This document shows positions 10,254 to 19,758 of a DNA stretch of 51,823 nucleotides, piece after piece. The translations under genes and the position numbers were made by a program. Source of the DNA: an uncultured Methanosarcinales archaeon (GTDB lineage Archaea; Nanobdellota; Nanobdellia; Woesearchaeales; WJKL01); NCBI GenBank assembly GCA_964521755.1, contig CAZFSZ010000004.1, positions 1-51,823 on the forward strand, in the 5' to 3' direction. The notes beneath the pieces are model-generated. The model had not been told where the DNA came from. It made no database searches and saw only the letters and a list, made by a program, of their open reading frames with translations. Numbering within the stretch: position 1 is the stretch's first letter; each line of letters opens with the position of its first letter.

Positions 10254-11081
10254 TTACAAAGTAACCATATATTCTAAGAATAATCTCAACAAATCTCTTG
10301 TGGTTATAATTCCAACCGCTTTTCTGTCCTCTTTGACAACAATTGAAGAGATATCAAACCTTTCCATCTTTCCGATAATTCTTTCCAGGGTGTCATCCGG
10401 AGAAGCAGTAACCAATATTGGGGTGGCAATGTTTTTTACAGGAAATTTGTTTAAATCTGTTTTTTGAGCTTTGAATGATTTTGTTCTTTTTGCTGGAGAT
10501 TCTCTTCCTTTTCTTTCTGTCCTGCTTTGTTGTTCTAATGTGAATTTATACATAAAGTCAGTCAATGCTGCGATGTTTACGAGATTACCTTGTTCATCAA
10601 CAATAGGTATCCTGCTGATATGTTTTTCTTTCATTATAGATATAGCCTCTCCAATACTGCTGTCTTGTTTGATGGTTACCGGCTCTAATGTCATGATTTC
10701 CTTTACCTTCTTTTTTGAATGCTTTGTCTTTGCAAGCTCCTGGATAATATCTTTAGAATGAACGATTCCAATTACCTGTTCTTCTTTTATAACAGGAAGT
10801 ATCCTGGTTTCTCCTGTATACATAAGCCGGACTGTTTCTTTTATATCTTCTTCTCCGCTTAATGAAGGGATATGTTTTATGATTTTTTTGACTTTTGCTT
10901 CATTCGGATCTATCTTTGTCCTGATCAATTGATGAGTATCAGCTATACCTTTGAAATTGTTCTTATCGAAGACCAGTGCTGTCTTGGCATTATTCTGTTT
11001 TAGTTTTCCTATTAAAGTTGAAATAGAATCAGAAATATCTACTGAGATATACCTCTTTTTTATCAGGCGTTTATTTACCAT
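10254..11081 (-). CDS. CBS-domain protein (two CBS pairs)
   Basis: VKEIMTLEPVTI, ISRIPIVD, VKNIATP, VGIITTRDLL. Confidence 0.9.
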   Translation of the reverse strand: MVNKRLIKKRYISVDISDSISTLIGKLKQNNAKTALVFDKNNFKGIADTHQLIRTKIDPNEAKVKKIIKHIPSLSGEEDIKETVRLMYTGETRILPVIKEEQVIGIVHSKDIIQELAKTKHSKKKVKEIMTLEPVTIKQDSSIGEAISIMKEKHISRIPIVDEQGNLVNIAALTDFMYKFTLEQQSRTERKGRESPAKRTKSFKAQKTDLNKFPVKNIATPILVTASPDDTLERIIGKMERFDISSIVVKEDRKAVGIITTRDLLRLFLEYMVTL

Positions 11082-11116
11082 AGCTATGATTAGAAAAAGG
11101 ATGTTTATAAGCTTTT

Positions 11117-11527
11117 CTATAGGATATCCTGCAGTGTGTATCCATATTCCACAGCTTTATTGTATTCTTTATCTGATTCTTCTTTTCGGCCTAATTTGTC
11201 AAGAACTCTTGATTTATTTGCATGAATTGTTCCTCTATCCTGTCTCATGTTTTGCAACAAAGTATCAATCCTTTCAATATCATCTATATTTTCTGCCAAT
11301 TTAGAACGATAAGATTCGTCGTTAGGAACAAGATTAAGGGCTTTATTAAATAAATCAAGGGCTTTTGAATATTCTTTGTTATACATATAAGCACAGCCAA
11401 GATTATTGCATGTATCATATATATCTTCGTCTTCCTTCTCATTTAATTCTTTTAATATATTAATTGCTTCTTCAAAATTTCTCTGGGTCATTAATTCTGT
11501 GGCTTTTTCAAATATTCTGTGCTTCAT
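11117..11527 (-). CDS. Tetratricopeptide repeat protein
   Basis: NNLGCAYMYNKEYSKALDLFNKAL; NKSRVLDKLGRKEESDKEYNKA. Confidence 0.85.
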   Translation of the reverse strand: MKHRIFEKATELMTQRNFEEAINILKELNEKEDEDIYDTCNNLGCAYMYNKEYSKALDLFNKALNLVPNDESYRSKLAENIDDIERIDTLLQNMRQDRGTIHANKSRVLDKLGRKEESDKEYNKAVEYGYTLQDIL

Positions 11528-11581
11528 CTATGATTATAATTTAGCTAAAATTTAAAAAGTTTGGGTATTTTTTATTTGATA

Positions 11582-11968
11582 ATGAAAAAAGTGATGGTAT
11601 TTGGAACATTTGATGTTTTGCATAAAGGTCATTTGAGTTTATTTTCTCAAACAAGGAAATATGGGGATTTTCTTATCGCGGTTGTTGCAAGAGACAGTAC
11701 TGTTAAAGATGTCAAGGGAAAATCTCCCAGAAATGATGAACTGAAAAGGCTTTCTGAAGTTGAAAAACATGTGGATAAAGCTGTGCTTGGATATGTCTAT
11801 GACAAGATGAAGATAGTCAAGAAGCTAAAGCCCGATGTTATTTGCATCGGATATGACCAGAAAAACTTTGTCGATGAGTTAAAAAAGTTTAAGATAAATA
11901 CTGCAAGGATGAAACCTTACATGCCCCATATATACAAAAGCTCTAAGATAAAGAATAGACACTTTTGA
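11582..11968 (+). CDS. Cytidylyltransferase-family protein, FAD synthase RibL-like
   Basis: VMVFGTFDVLHKGH, VVARD, PDVICIGYDQ, YKSSKI. Confidence 0.8.
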   Translation: MKKVMVFGTFDVLHKGHLSLFSQTRKYGDFLIAVVARDSTVKDVKGKSPRNDELKRLSEVEKHVDKAVLGYVYDKMKIVKKLKPDVICIGYDQKNFVDELKKFKINTARMKPYMPHIYKSSKIKNRHF

Positions 11969-12701
11969 ATCCAACTATGTTTTTTGTTTTGTATCTTTTA
12001 AAATCATAAGATTTTTTCTCTTCAAATTTTAATCTGAGATCAAGTTTTGGTTTGTTCTTTTTTAAAATCAGGCTAACTCTTTTTTTGTCTACACCCCACT
12101 CATTCTCTTTATATGTATGATGATGGATATCATAGCCTTTGTTTTGTAGTATTTTAACAAATCCTCTTAAGGATGTTCTCTCTATCTCAAATCTTGGTGT
12201 TTCTGAAGTTCTTAATTGGGAAAATTTAGATATATGTGTATCTATATGAAGTAATGCTCTTCCTTTCGGCTTAAGAACTCTCCAGATCTCTTCTAATGCA
12301 AGATCTTTTCTTTTGATCTGATATATTGCTACCTGGCTTATTGCAACATCAAAATAATTATTTGGGAAATTTAATTTCTCAGCACTGTAAAAATGCATTT
12401 TAGGCATATTTATCTTTTCTATCTCTTTTAGTGTAAATATATTATAGTTTGTCCCAGTAACTTTCAGACTTTTTTGGCCACTCATAGCAGGCCATGGTTT
12501 TTTGTTTATTCCATGTATCTCTATATAAGGATAAAGTTTAGCAAGCTCCATCATAACTCTTCCTTCACCAGGACCTATCTCAAGAAGTCTTTTTGCAGAA
12601 GTCTGTTTGATGATATCTTCAACAGAAATCGGAAATTTTCTGTTAAAATCAGATAACGTTCTTGTTCTAGAAGCTGCTCCTCTCTTAGGTGGTTTTGCCA
12701 T
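11943..12701 (-). CDS. Class I SAM-dependent methyltransferase
   Basis: LLEIGPGEG, LNFPNNYFDVAIS, ALEEIWRVLKPKG. Confidence 0.85.
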   Translation of the reverse strand: MAKPPKRGAASRTRTLSDFNRKFPISVEDIIKQTSAKRLLEIGPGEGRVMMELAKLYPYIEIHGINKKPWPAMSGQKSLKVTGTNYNIFTLKEIEKINMPKMHFYSAEKLNFPNNYFDVAISQVAIYQIKRKDLALEEIWRVLKPKGRALLHIDTHISKFSQLRTSETPRFEIERTSLRGFVKILQNKGYDIHHHTYKENEWGVDKKRVSLILKKNKPKLDLRLKFEEKKSYDFKRYKTKNIVGFKSVYSLS

Positions 12702-12741
12702 GAATTATTTTAAGTATTTAAGTATTTAAAGATGGTGTTTT

Positions 12742-13596
12742 TTATAGAAGACTTTTCAGATAATCCTTCTTATACTTAAGACCATTCCTGCGTGCCAATC
12801 TTAATATTGCCCTGTCAAATTTGCTTCCATATTGAGCAGCCTGCTTTTTTCTCCAGGCAATCTCTTTAGGAAGCCCCATCTTCTCTGCTGTTTTTCTTAA
12901 AACAACTTTTTTAAATTTCTTATTTACCTTTTTAGAGCCTGGAATTGACATCGCTGCTTTGATAACATCATCATCCAAGAAAGGAGTCAAAAATTTTAGA
13001 TTTAGTTTCTCTGCAATCACTAGATCTCTTTTGAGATCTCTTTCCCACATCGCTTTTAGGCCTTTCCAGCATTCTTTGTTGATGTTTTGTGAAAAGTCAG
13101 ACTCTTTTGTCGTCTGGGTACCTGCTTCTTTATGCCTTTCATATCCTGCAAAGATCTCTTCTGAGCCTAGACCTGTATAGAAAGTATCAATATTGTCTTC
13201 TTTAGCTAATAGGTAGACAGCACAGTCAACAGCTCCAACACCTACTTTGACAATGTCTGTTGTATTTATTAGCCCTATCACTTTTTTAATTATCTTTTCA
13301 GCTTCCTCTAAAGTAAATATCTTGTATTTCAGCTTTATTCCAAGAAGTTTTGCTGCTTTTTTTGCCGCTTCTATATCTGTTGAGTTTTCAATCCCAACTG
13401 CATAGCAGATGAAATCAGCTTTCTTTTTTTTGCAAATATATGCTATAAAAGATGAATCAACCCCTCCAGAGAACATAACGCCAAACTTCTCTTTAGGCGG
13501 CTTTATAGAGCTTATAATGGCGTTTTTAAGGCTTTTAGGAGGATTTTCTGCTTTAAGCTGGTCTATATGTGACTTCCATGATTTTTCTGATATCAT
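12742..13596 (-). CDS. Asparagine synthetase C-terminal (PP-loop) domain protein lacking the glutaminase domain
   Basis: FSGGVDSS, TGLGSEEIFAGY, RD..TPFLD, KVVLR, WRKKQAAQYGS. Confidence 0.85.
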   Translation of the reverse strand: MISEKSWKSHIDQLKAENPPKSLKNAIISSIKPPKEKFGVMFSGGVDSSFIAYICKKKKADFICYAVGIENSTDIEAAKKAAKLLGIKLKYKIFTLEEAEKIIKKVIGLINTTDIVKVGVGAVDCAVYLLAKEDNIDTFYTGLGSEEIFAGYERHKEAGTQTTKESDFSQNINKECWKGLKAMWERDLKRDLVIAEKLNLKFLTPFLDDDVIKAAMSIPGSKKVNKKFKKVVLRKTAEKMGLPKEIAWRKKQAAQYGSKFDRAILRLARRNGLKYKKDYLKSLL

Positions 13597-13692
13597 CTTA
13601 TTTTATCTAAAAATAGTGTTTTCCTTTATAAAGTATAGGATTTAGCTTAAACGCTTAAACTTAGGGGTTTAAGGCACTATACAACGTCTTAT

Positions 13693-13731
13693 ACTACCTT
13701 ATAGTAGTTAAATAACCGAAAGATTTATAAA
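13693..13731 (+). promoter_or_regulatory. Inverted repeat ACTAC-N6-GTAGT plus BRE/TATA upstream of tfb
   Basis: Inverted repeat at 13693-13708; CCGAAAGA-TTTATAAA at 13716-13731; GAGGT SD at 13800. Confidence 0.6.
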
Positions 13732-13812
13732 GGATAAATATCTATAGAATACTAAGCAAAAGGGTGGTTTCTAAGAATTGTTAGATTAGACTAAATTACG
13801 AGGTTTATTAAA

Positions 13813-14733
13813 ATGACTGTTGAAACAATTAATCAAAAATGTCCAGAATGCGGGGATAGTAAATTCTTTGCAAACAGGGAAAAAGGAGAAGTTATCTGCA
13901 AGAAATGCGGGTTTGTAATAGAGGATTCTATGGTTGATTTTGGAAGGCAGAGAATCTGTGATGATGAAGATTTTATGAAGAAAAGCAGATCCGGAGCGCC
14001 TTATGATCCAAGGGTTGCAGCTGGACTAAGAACAGAGGTTGGAAACAATTCTGATATTAAAAAACTTTCCAAGAAAACAAGGAGAGTCATGAACAGGATA
14101 AGAAAAAAGAACAGATGGACAAGCTCTGCGTTAGAGCATAACCTAAATACCAATCTTGCAAATCTAAAGATAATCGCATCTCATCTAAAGATGCCTGACA
14201 ATATTGAAAAAGAAGCTGCAAGGATATACCGGGAATGTGCTGAAAAGGGAATAACAAGAGCAAGAGCAAATGACAGCATAATCGCTGCGGTTGTTTATCT
14301 GGCTTCTAAACTGTATGGCATACCTAAAACACTAAATGAGGTTGCTGAAGCTTCTAAATTAGACAAGTTTGACATTGCAAGAACTTACAAGATGGTCATC
14401 AGAAGGCTTGGAATAGAGGTTTACAATTCAAACCCTGTTGATTTTGTTGGAAGGTTTGGCTCTGAACTAAAATTAGATGCAAAGACACAGACAAAGGCAG
14501 TGAAACTGCTTGAAAAGATACAGAAGAAAGGCTTTGATTCTGGTAAATCACCAACATCTTTGGCTGCAACAACTTTGTATATTTCTGCACTTATGAACAG
14601 TGTGAAAGTTACACAGAAAGCGATAGCTGAGACATCTGGAATAACAGAAACAACTTTAAGGCAGAGAACTAAAGAGATGCTTAAAAAGCTAGGCATCAAG
14701 AAGTCTGAGATAAAGAAGAAAAAGAAGAAATAG
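13813..14733 (+). CDS. tfb: Transcription initiation factor IIB (divergent)
   Basis: Zn ribbon CPECG...GEVICKKCG; two cyclin repeats (IPKTLNEVA; SGKSPTSLAA; TQKAIAETSGITETTLR). Confidence 0.93.
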   Translation: MTVETINQKCPECGDSKFFANREKGEVICKKCGFVIEDSMVDFGRQRICDDEDFMKKSRSGAPYDPRVAAGLRTEVGNNSDIKKLSKKTRRVMNRIRKKNRWTSSALEHNLNTNLANLKIIASHLKMPDNIEKEAARIYRECAEKGITRARANDSIIAAVVYLASKLYGIPKTLNEVAEASKLDKFDIARTYKMVIRRLGIEVYNSNPVDFVGRFGSELKLDAKTQTKAVKLLEKIQKKGFDSGKSPTSLAATTLYISALMNSVKVTQKAIAETSGITETTLRQRTKEMLKKLGIKKSEIKKKKKK

Positions 14734-14756
14734 ACTTTTAAATTTAGTTTAAAAAG

Positions 14757-15068
14757 ATGAAAACAATTGAAGAAAAAGAATATAGAATTGATTCAAAATA
14801 TGTTTTGCCTATTGTAGAAGATTTACAAAATAATTCTTATTATATTAATGTTAAATATGCATTAGATGATGATAAAAGATTGATAAGGGTTATAAACGCT
14901 GCAAAGATTGAAGATAATAAAGCTCTTCCTGTTGATATTGGAACAATAGTTAGTGAAAAAGGCAGTAAAGAAGCAGTGTTAAAAACAAACTATCATGAAA
15001 ATATCTTTGCTGACAAAAGTGTAGACGAGATTGTAGAAAATAATCTTGAAAAATTTAAAAATGCCTGA
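14757..15068 (+). CDS. Hypothetical protein
   Basis: 103-aa ORF 23 nt after tfb. Confidence 0.65.
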   Translation: MKTIEEKEYRIDSKYVLPIVEDLQNNSYYINVKYALDDDKRLIRVINAAKIEDNKALPVDIGTIVSEKGSKEAVLKTNYHENIFADKSVDEIVENNLEKFKNA

Positions 15069-15378
15069 AGATATACAAAAAGCTATAGATCAGATTGAAG
15101 CAGAAAGTAAAGATGAAAATATACTCAATTATTCTTATAAGATCCTTCTTGTAGAGCTTGGTGAATATCATCCGCTTACTAAATATGCAAGAAAGTTAGA
15201 AGATGATGCATATAAAAGGACTTTTGATTATGTTAAACAGATGAACAACTCACTTGTGCCTTCTGAAAAGAGCAGAGTATCTGAGCTGGCAGCCAAATGT
15301 GCAAAAGATGAAGCTGCAATCGCAGCAAGCAGAATATGCAAGATATATAAACTATTAAATGAAAAAGATAAAGAATAA
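15061..15378 (+). CDS. Hypothetical protein
   Basis: ORF overlapping the previous stop; ATG at 15061. Confidence 0.65.
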   Translation: MPEDIQKAIDQIEAESKDENILNYSYKILLVELGEYHPLTKYARKLEDDAYKRTFDYVKQMNNSLVPSEKSRVSELAAKCAKDEAAIAASRICKIYKLLNEKDKE

Positions 15379-15384
15379 GATAAG

Positions 15385-15765
15385 ATGGCAACAGAAGAAA
15401 TAACAAAAGTTTATTCAAAAGAAGATAAAGAAATTGATGATAAAATAATAGCAAGCAATCTAGAGAAAATGCTTGGAGAAGATATGTGGGGATTGCTGTT
15501 GGAAGAAAGCATGGGTGGAAATGCTGGCAAGTATAATGAGATGTCTTGTATGGCTGCAAATTTTTATTTTGATGAAAAAGGAGAGATTCTTGAATTTACA
15601 AATTACAATAAATATATTGAAGATACATTTGAAGGAACATTCAGGATAACATTTAATGACAGCAGGATTATTAAAATATATATGGGGTTGGAAACACCAC
15701 CGCAGGCTGAACTTAATATTAGACAAAGTGCAGAAAATTATAATAAAAAATTGAATGAGATTTAG
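15385..15765 (+). CDS. Hypothetical acidic protein
   Basis: 126-aa ORF, tightly packed. Confidence 0.65.
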   Translation: MATEEITKVYSKEDKEIDDKIIASNLEKMLGEDMWGLLLEESMGGNAGKYNEMSCMAANFYFDEKGEILEFTNYNKYIEDTFEGTFRITFNDSRIIKIYMGLETPPQAELNIRQSAENYNKKLNEI

Positions 15766-15775
15766 ATTAGATAAG

Positions 15776-16189
15776 ATGACAACAGAAAAATTTGATATAG
15801 AAGAATTTGAAGCATTTAAAGAAGACTGCAGGGAATGGTATACTGAAAAAGCAAAGAATATATCTTCTAAATGCATTGAACTATTGTTAGAAAAAAGTAT
15901 TTCTCCTTTTATCGAGTATATTGCAGAGGAGGGCAAAGAACTGCCAGAATATTACTGCAGCGCTGAATGGGAGGGAATTGATTATTGTTTTTTAAGCAAA
16001 CCAGATGACAATCCTGATATTAAATACAACAATAAATGCTTATTTATGGAATTTCAAGATTATATCAGAAAAGATCTTGAAAGAGGTGTAACAGTAGAAA
16101 AGATGAACAAGTATTTTCTTGCTTTAAATGAAGCTATTAGGATCATGGCGAAAGGCGAAACTAGAACTGTTGATTATGATGAATTATGA
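15776..16189 (+). CDS. Hypothetical acidic protein
   Basis: ORF tightly packed; ATG at 15776 preferred. Confidence 0.65.
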   Translation: MTTEKFDIEEFEAFKEDCREWYTEKAKNISSKCIELLLEKSISPFIEYIAEEGKELPEYYCSAEWEGIDYCFLSKPDDNPDIKYNNKCLFMEFQDYIRKDLERGVTVEKMNKYFLALNEAIRIMAKGETRTVDYDEL

Positions 16190-16864
16190 TCATTTCTTAA
16201 GCAGCTGAATTTCTTTTATTAATAATTTTCCGGTGTTTTTTGACTCCATATATATATTGGATTCCCAAAGTTCTAATCTTTTCTTGAACAAAGGACAATC
16301 CAGAACAAATGTTTCGTATTCTCCGCCTTCTCCAGCAAGATGTATCTTTGTTTTTTTGAATTTATTAATCAAATCTTTGTCTATCTTTCTTCCCAAAAAA
16401 GATTCATCAAGACCCTCTGCTGCAATTCCTACAATTATAACTTCAAATTTATCGATTATTAAGGAAAGCATATACTGCTCCGGCCTCATACCCCATAATG
16501 GAGAAACAAGCTTTAAGTCAAGCTCTTTGCAGATTGATTCTACTCTTTCTTTTTGATATTTACTTGCGATAGCACCTGCACAGACTCCTTCAATAGAATG
16601 TTTTTGTTTTGCAAGGTTTATTGCTTCTTTAAGATCAGATAATTCCTGCTCTTTTATTCCTTCTGTAGGCAGCATTATCAACGGAAGGTCGGCTGCTTCT
16701 GCCTGTTTTGGAACTAAATCTATATTTGGAACATGAAACATCCAAGAATCATCTCTTTCTGGATTTAAGGTTACCAAACATGTTACTTTATTGTTGTGTT
16801 TCTCAGCAAGATAAGCTGCATACCAGCTGTCTTTTCCTCCTGACATCAATGCTGCTAGTTTCAT
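16190..16864 (-). CDS. Diphthine-ammonia ligase / Dph6-family PP-loop ATPase
   Basis: LMSGGKDS, SWMFH, GAIASKYQKERVE, PLW, GEGGEYETFVLDCPLF. Confidence 0.9.
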   Translation of the reverse strand: MKLAALMSGGKDSWYAAYLAEKHNNKVTCLVTLNPERDDSWMFHVPNIDLVPKQAEAADLPLIMLPTEGIKEQELSDLKEAINLAKQKHSIEGVCAGAIASKYQKERVESICKELDLKLVSPLWGMRPEQYMLSLIIDKFEVIIVGIAAEGLDESFLGRKIDKDLINKFKKTKIHLAGEGGEYETFVLDCPLFKKRLELWESNIYMESKNTGKLLIKEIQLLKK

Positions 16865-16950
16865 GATTGATTAGTTTATTTAATGGTTTAAAAAGGTTTA
16901 TATATTATTAAAGATATTAAAAATTATTACTACAATAGGGTGTTTAAACT

Positions 16951-17685
16951 ATGAAAAAAATCATATTTTTAGTTTTAGTTTTGGTTATCTTAATCAGCGG
17001 ATGCGGTGGAAAGCCAGAAGATTCTTATATTAAACCAAAATCCGATGTAGAAGAACCAAGTGTTAATGAGATTGATCTGCCTTCTGAAGAAAGTGGAGAT
17101 TATGATGGTTCTAATCTAGAAGGACCTGAATTAAGCAGTGAGATTAAAGAACTTTTGGGAAAGGTAGATGATATAGATTCATTGGAATATTCATATAATG
17201 TTTTTATTAAAGGTGAGCCAAGTTATTATTCTAATGTTTATGTAAAGGGCAATAAGATGAAACAAGAAATTAATTTGGGAAGCGGAACATTTGCTGAAGG
17301 AGAATATTATGATACTGTTTACTTTGATTTAGCAAAAAATACAGCGGATGCTTATTGTGAGGAAGATTGTGATGAAGATGAGATAGATAAAGTCATTGAT
17401 GTAAATTATAATGATTTTTATGTTGAATCTCCTTTTGATGTTGCTAAAAACCTAAAGGTTGGAAAACTGATTGGAAATGCCATGCACGAAAACAAAGAAG
17501 TTGATATTGTTGAGTATAGTGTGGACGGAAAGACAGTAAGGGTTTATATCTGGACATATAGAGGTATTCCATTAAAATATGAAGTCAGAGAAGATGATGA
17601 ATTGGTTAAAAAAGTTGAATTCAAAAGCCCTATTGTAAATGATGTAGATGATGAAGAGCTGGTTCATCAAAAGCTTGAGAACTGA
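16951..17685 (+). CDS. Acidic secreted lipoprotein-like protein
   Basis: MKK + hydrophobic stretch + lipobox-like LISGC; beta-rich body. Confidence 0.7.
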   Translation: MKKIIFLVLVLVILISGCGGKPEDSYIKPKSDVEEPSVNEIDLPSEESGDYDGSNLEGPELSSEIKELLGKVDDIDSLEYSYNVFIKGEPSYYSNVYVKGNKMKQEINLGSGTFAEGEYYDTVYFDLAKNTADAYCEEDCDEDEIDKVIDVNYNDFYVESPFDVAKNLKVGKLIGNAMHENKEVDIVEYSVDGKTVRVYIWTYRGIPLKYEVREDDELVKKVEFKSPIVNDVDDEELVHQKLEN

Positions 17686-18813
17686 TCAGAAAAAGTCTTC
17701 AAACCATTTCTTTTTCTTTTTTATTGTTTTATCAAATTCTTTCAGAAGTTTTTTCTGTTTTTTGCTGAGTTTTTCAGGAGTCTGAACAAGTACCTTCACC
17801 ATCTGGTCCCCTGATCCTGTGCCGTGAAGATGAGAAATTCCTTTTCCTTTCATCTTAAATACTGTGTTGGTCTGGGTTCCTGGCGGTATTTTCAGCTCTG
17901 CTTTTCCGTCTAATGTTGGAACTTCTACCTTGCCGCCTAATGCTGCCTGTGCAAAACTTATAGGGGCTTTTAGGTAAACGTCGCTTCCATGCCTTTCAAA
18001 TATATTATGGGGCTTTACATGGATTATTACATAAAGATCTCCTGTTTCTGCACCTCTTTCACCTGCTTCACCTGCTCCCTTAACTCTTAGGTTAGTGCCT
18101 GTTTCTGCCCCTGCTGGTATTTTTATCTCCAATTCTGATTTTTTGTTTATCTTACCAGTACCATCGCAGTTGGAGCATCTGTTTTTTATGATTGTTCCCT
18201 GGCCCCTGCATCTAGGGCATGCTCCCTGGGTCTGCACCACTCCAAAGGGGGTTCTTGCTGTTTTTCTTACAAACCCGTTTCCGCTGCATTCAGGACATTC
18301 AGTGATGTCTTCAGGAGACTCTGCTCCTGTGCCTTTGCATTCAGGGCATTTTACAGAATGAGGTATCTTTATGGTCTTGGTTGTGCCTTTTGCTGCTTCC
18401 TCCAATGTTATTTCCATATCATATCTAAGATCAGAGCCCCTTGTTCTTCTTTTTCTTCTGCCTCTTCCTCCTCCGAAAAAAGATTCAAAGATAGAATCAA
18501 AGTCAAAGCCCCGGTTGAATATGTCCCCCATTATATCTTCAAAATTAAATCCTGCTCCTCCTGCAGCGCCCCCTTGTCCAAATGGAGATTCTGCAGAGCC
18601 GAACTGGTCGTATTGAGAACGTTTTTCATCATCTGCCAATACAGCAGCTGCCTCGTTTATCTCCTTGAATTTTTCCTCGTATTCTTTCTTCTTGTCTTCA
18701 GGAGCCCTGTCTGGATGATATTTCATGGCAAGCTTTTTGTAAGCTTTTTTGATCTCTTCTTTAGTTGAATCTTTGCTTACCCCTAAAGTTTTGTAATAAT
18801 CTTTGTCTGTCAT
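17686..18813 (-). CDS. dnaJ: Molecular chaperone DnaJ
   Basis: J domain with HPD, G/F-rich region, four CxxCxGxG repeats. Confidence 0.97.
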   Translation of the reverse strand: MTDKDYYKTLGVSKDSTKEEIKKAYKKLAMKYHPDRAPEDKKKEYEEKFKEINEAAAVLADDEKRSQYDQFGSAESPFGQGGAAGGAGFNFEDIMGDIFNRGFDFDSIFESFFGGGRGRRKRRTRGSDLRYDMEITLEEAAKGTTKTIKIPHSVKCPECKGTGAESPEDITECPECSGNGFVRKTARTPFGVVQTQGACPRCRGQGTIIKNRCSNCDGTGKINKKSELEIKIPAGAETGTNLRVKGAGEAGERGAETGDLYVIIHVKPHNIFERHGSDVYLKAPISFAQAALGGKVEVPTLDGKAELKIPPGTQTNTVFKMKGKGISHLHGTGSGDQMVKVLVQTPEKLSKKQKKLLKEFDKTIKKKKKWFEDFF

Positions 18814-18814
18814 T

Positions 18815-19234
18815 CTAATTTTCCTTTTGATTAAGATATTTTTTTATGGTTTTTATTGTATATGGTTCACAGTTTAATTTCAAAGCTTTTTCCGGTGTAG
18901 TCCATATATGACTTTGGCCTTCTCTGTTAAGCTTAACTTCTTTTGAATCTGCCCTGCATGCAAAATCAAAGAAAATAAAATGTCTTTTTTTCCAAAAAAC
19001 AGGATCATATATAAACTCTCCATGACAGATAAAATTTATATCATATATATCCAATCCTGTTTCTTCCTTTATCTCTCTTTTCAAGGCATGCTCCATTGTC
19101 TCTCCTAATTCTATATGCCCTCCTGGAATCACATATTTGTCCTGCCATTTGTGAGATTTCATCAAGAATATCTCTTCTTTTTTGTTGAATATAAGGGCCC
19201 CAACAGTTGGTTCTGGAAATTTTTGTTCTGTCAT
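18815..19234 (-). CDS. NUDIX hydrolase
   Basis: PGGHIELGETMEHALKREIKEETGL. Confidence 0.92.
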   Translation of the reverse strand: MTEQKFPEPTVGALIFNKKEEIFLMKSHKWQDKYVIPGGHIELGETMEHALKREIKEETGLDIYDINFICHGEFIYDPVFWKKRHFIFFDFACRADSKEVKLNREGQSHIWTTPEKALKLNCEPYTIKTIKKYLNQKEN

Positions 19235-19758
19235 TTTATCAATTCCTTTAATTGTTCAGGTTTAATATTTAGTTTTGAAAAAATTTCTTTTTCTATCTTA
19301 TAAGCAATGTCTTCATGGGACTGCTTAAATGTGTCTTTGTATCTCTCTTTGATGTAATTAAAGCGTTTTTTAAGGCTTACGATTTTTATGTACTGGACTC
19401 TTTTGTCTGCATAATGCACAACCCTGTCTTCCCATCCTGCATCAGGTTTTTCTATTATTACAGGGCCGTGTCTTTCAACTGCATTTCCTACTCTGAATAA
19501 TTCTTTTTCCTTAAGCCATTTTTTGGCTAAAGTTCCGTGTTTTTTTACGTTTTTTAATGTAACTATCTTATCCAAATCATGAAGCAGGGAAGCTGCATTT
19601 ACCAAATCAAGATTAATCTTTATTCCTGTTTGTTTTAGTTTTTTTGCCAAAAACATAGCAATGTTTTTTACAGCTCTGGAATGTTTTCTGACTGGTTCAG
19701 GAAGATCAAATTCATCCCATAATTCTTTGCACTGTTCTGTAGTTGGGAGCCATGTCAT
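19231..19758 (-). CDS. HD-domain phosphohydrolase
   Basis: KHSRAV, LLHDLDK, KHG, ERH, YADK. Confidence 0.88.
   Translation of the reverse strand: MTWLPTTEQCKELWDEFDLPEPVRKHSRAVKNIAMFLAKKLKQTGIKINLDLVNAASLLHDLDKIVTLKNVKKHGTLAKKWLKEKELFRVGNAVERHGPVIIEKPDAGWEDRVVHYADKRVQYIKIVSLKKRFNYIKERYKDTFKQSHEDIAYKIEKEIFSKLNIKPEQLKELIK

Noticed and set aside
19231-19758. HD protein as an HD-GYP c-di-GMP phosphodiesterase or Cas3 HD
   Set aside because: No HHExxDGxGYP motif and no cas genes nearby.
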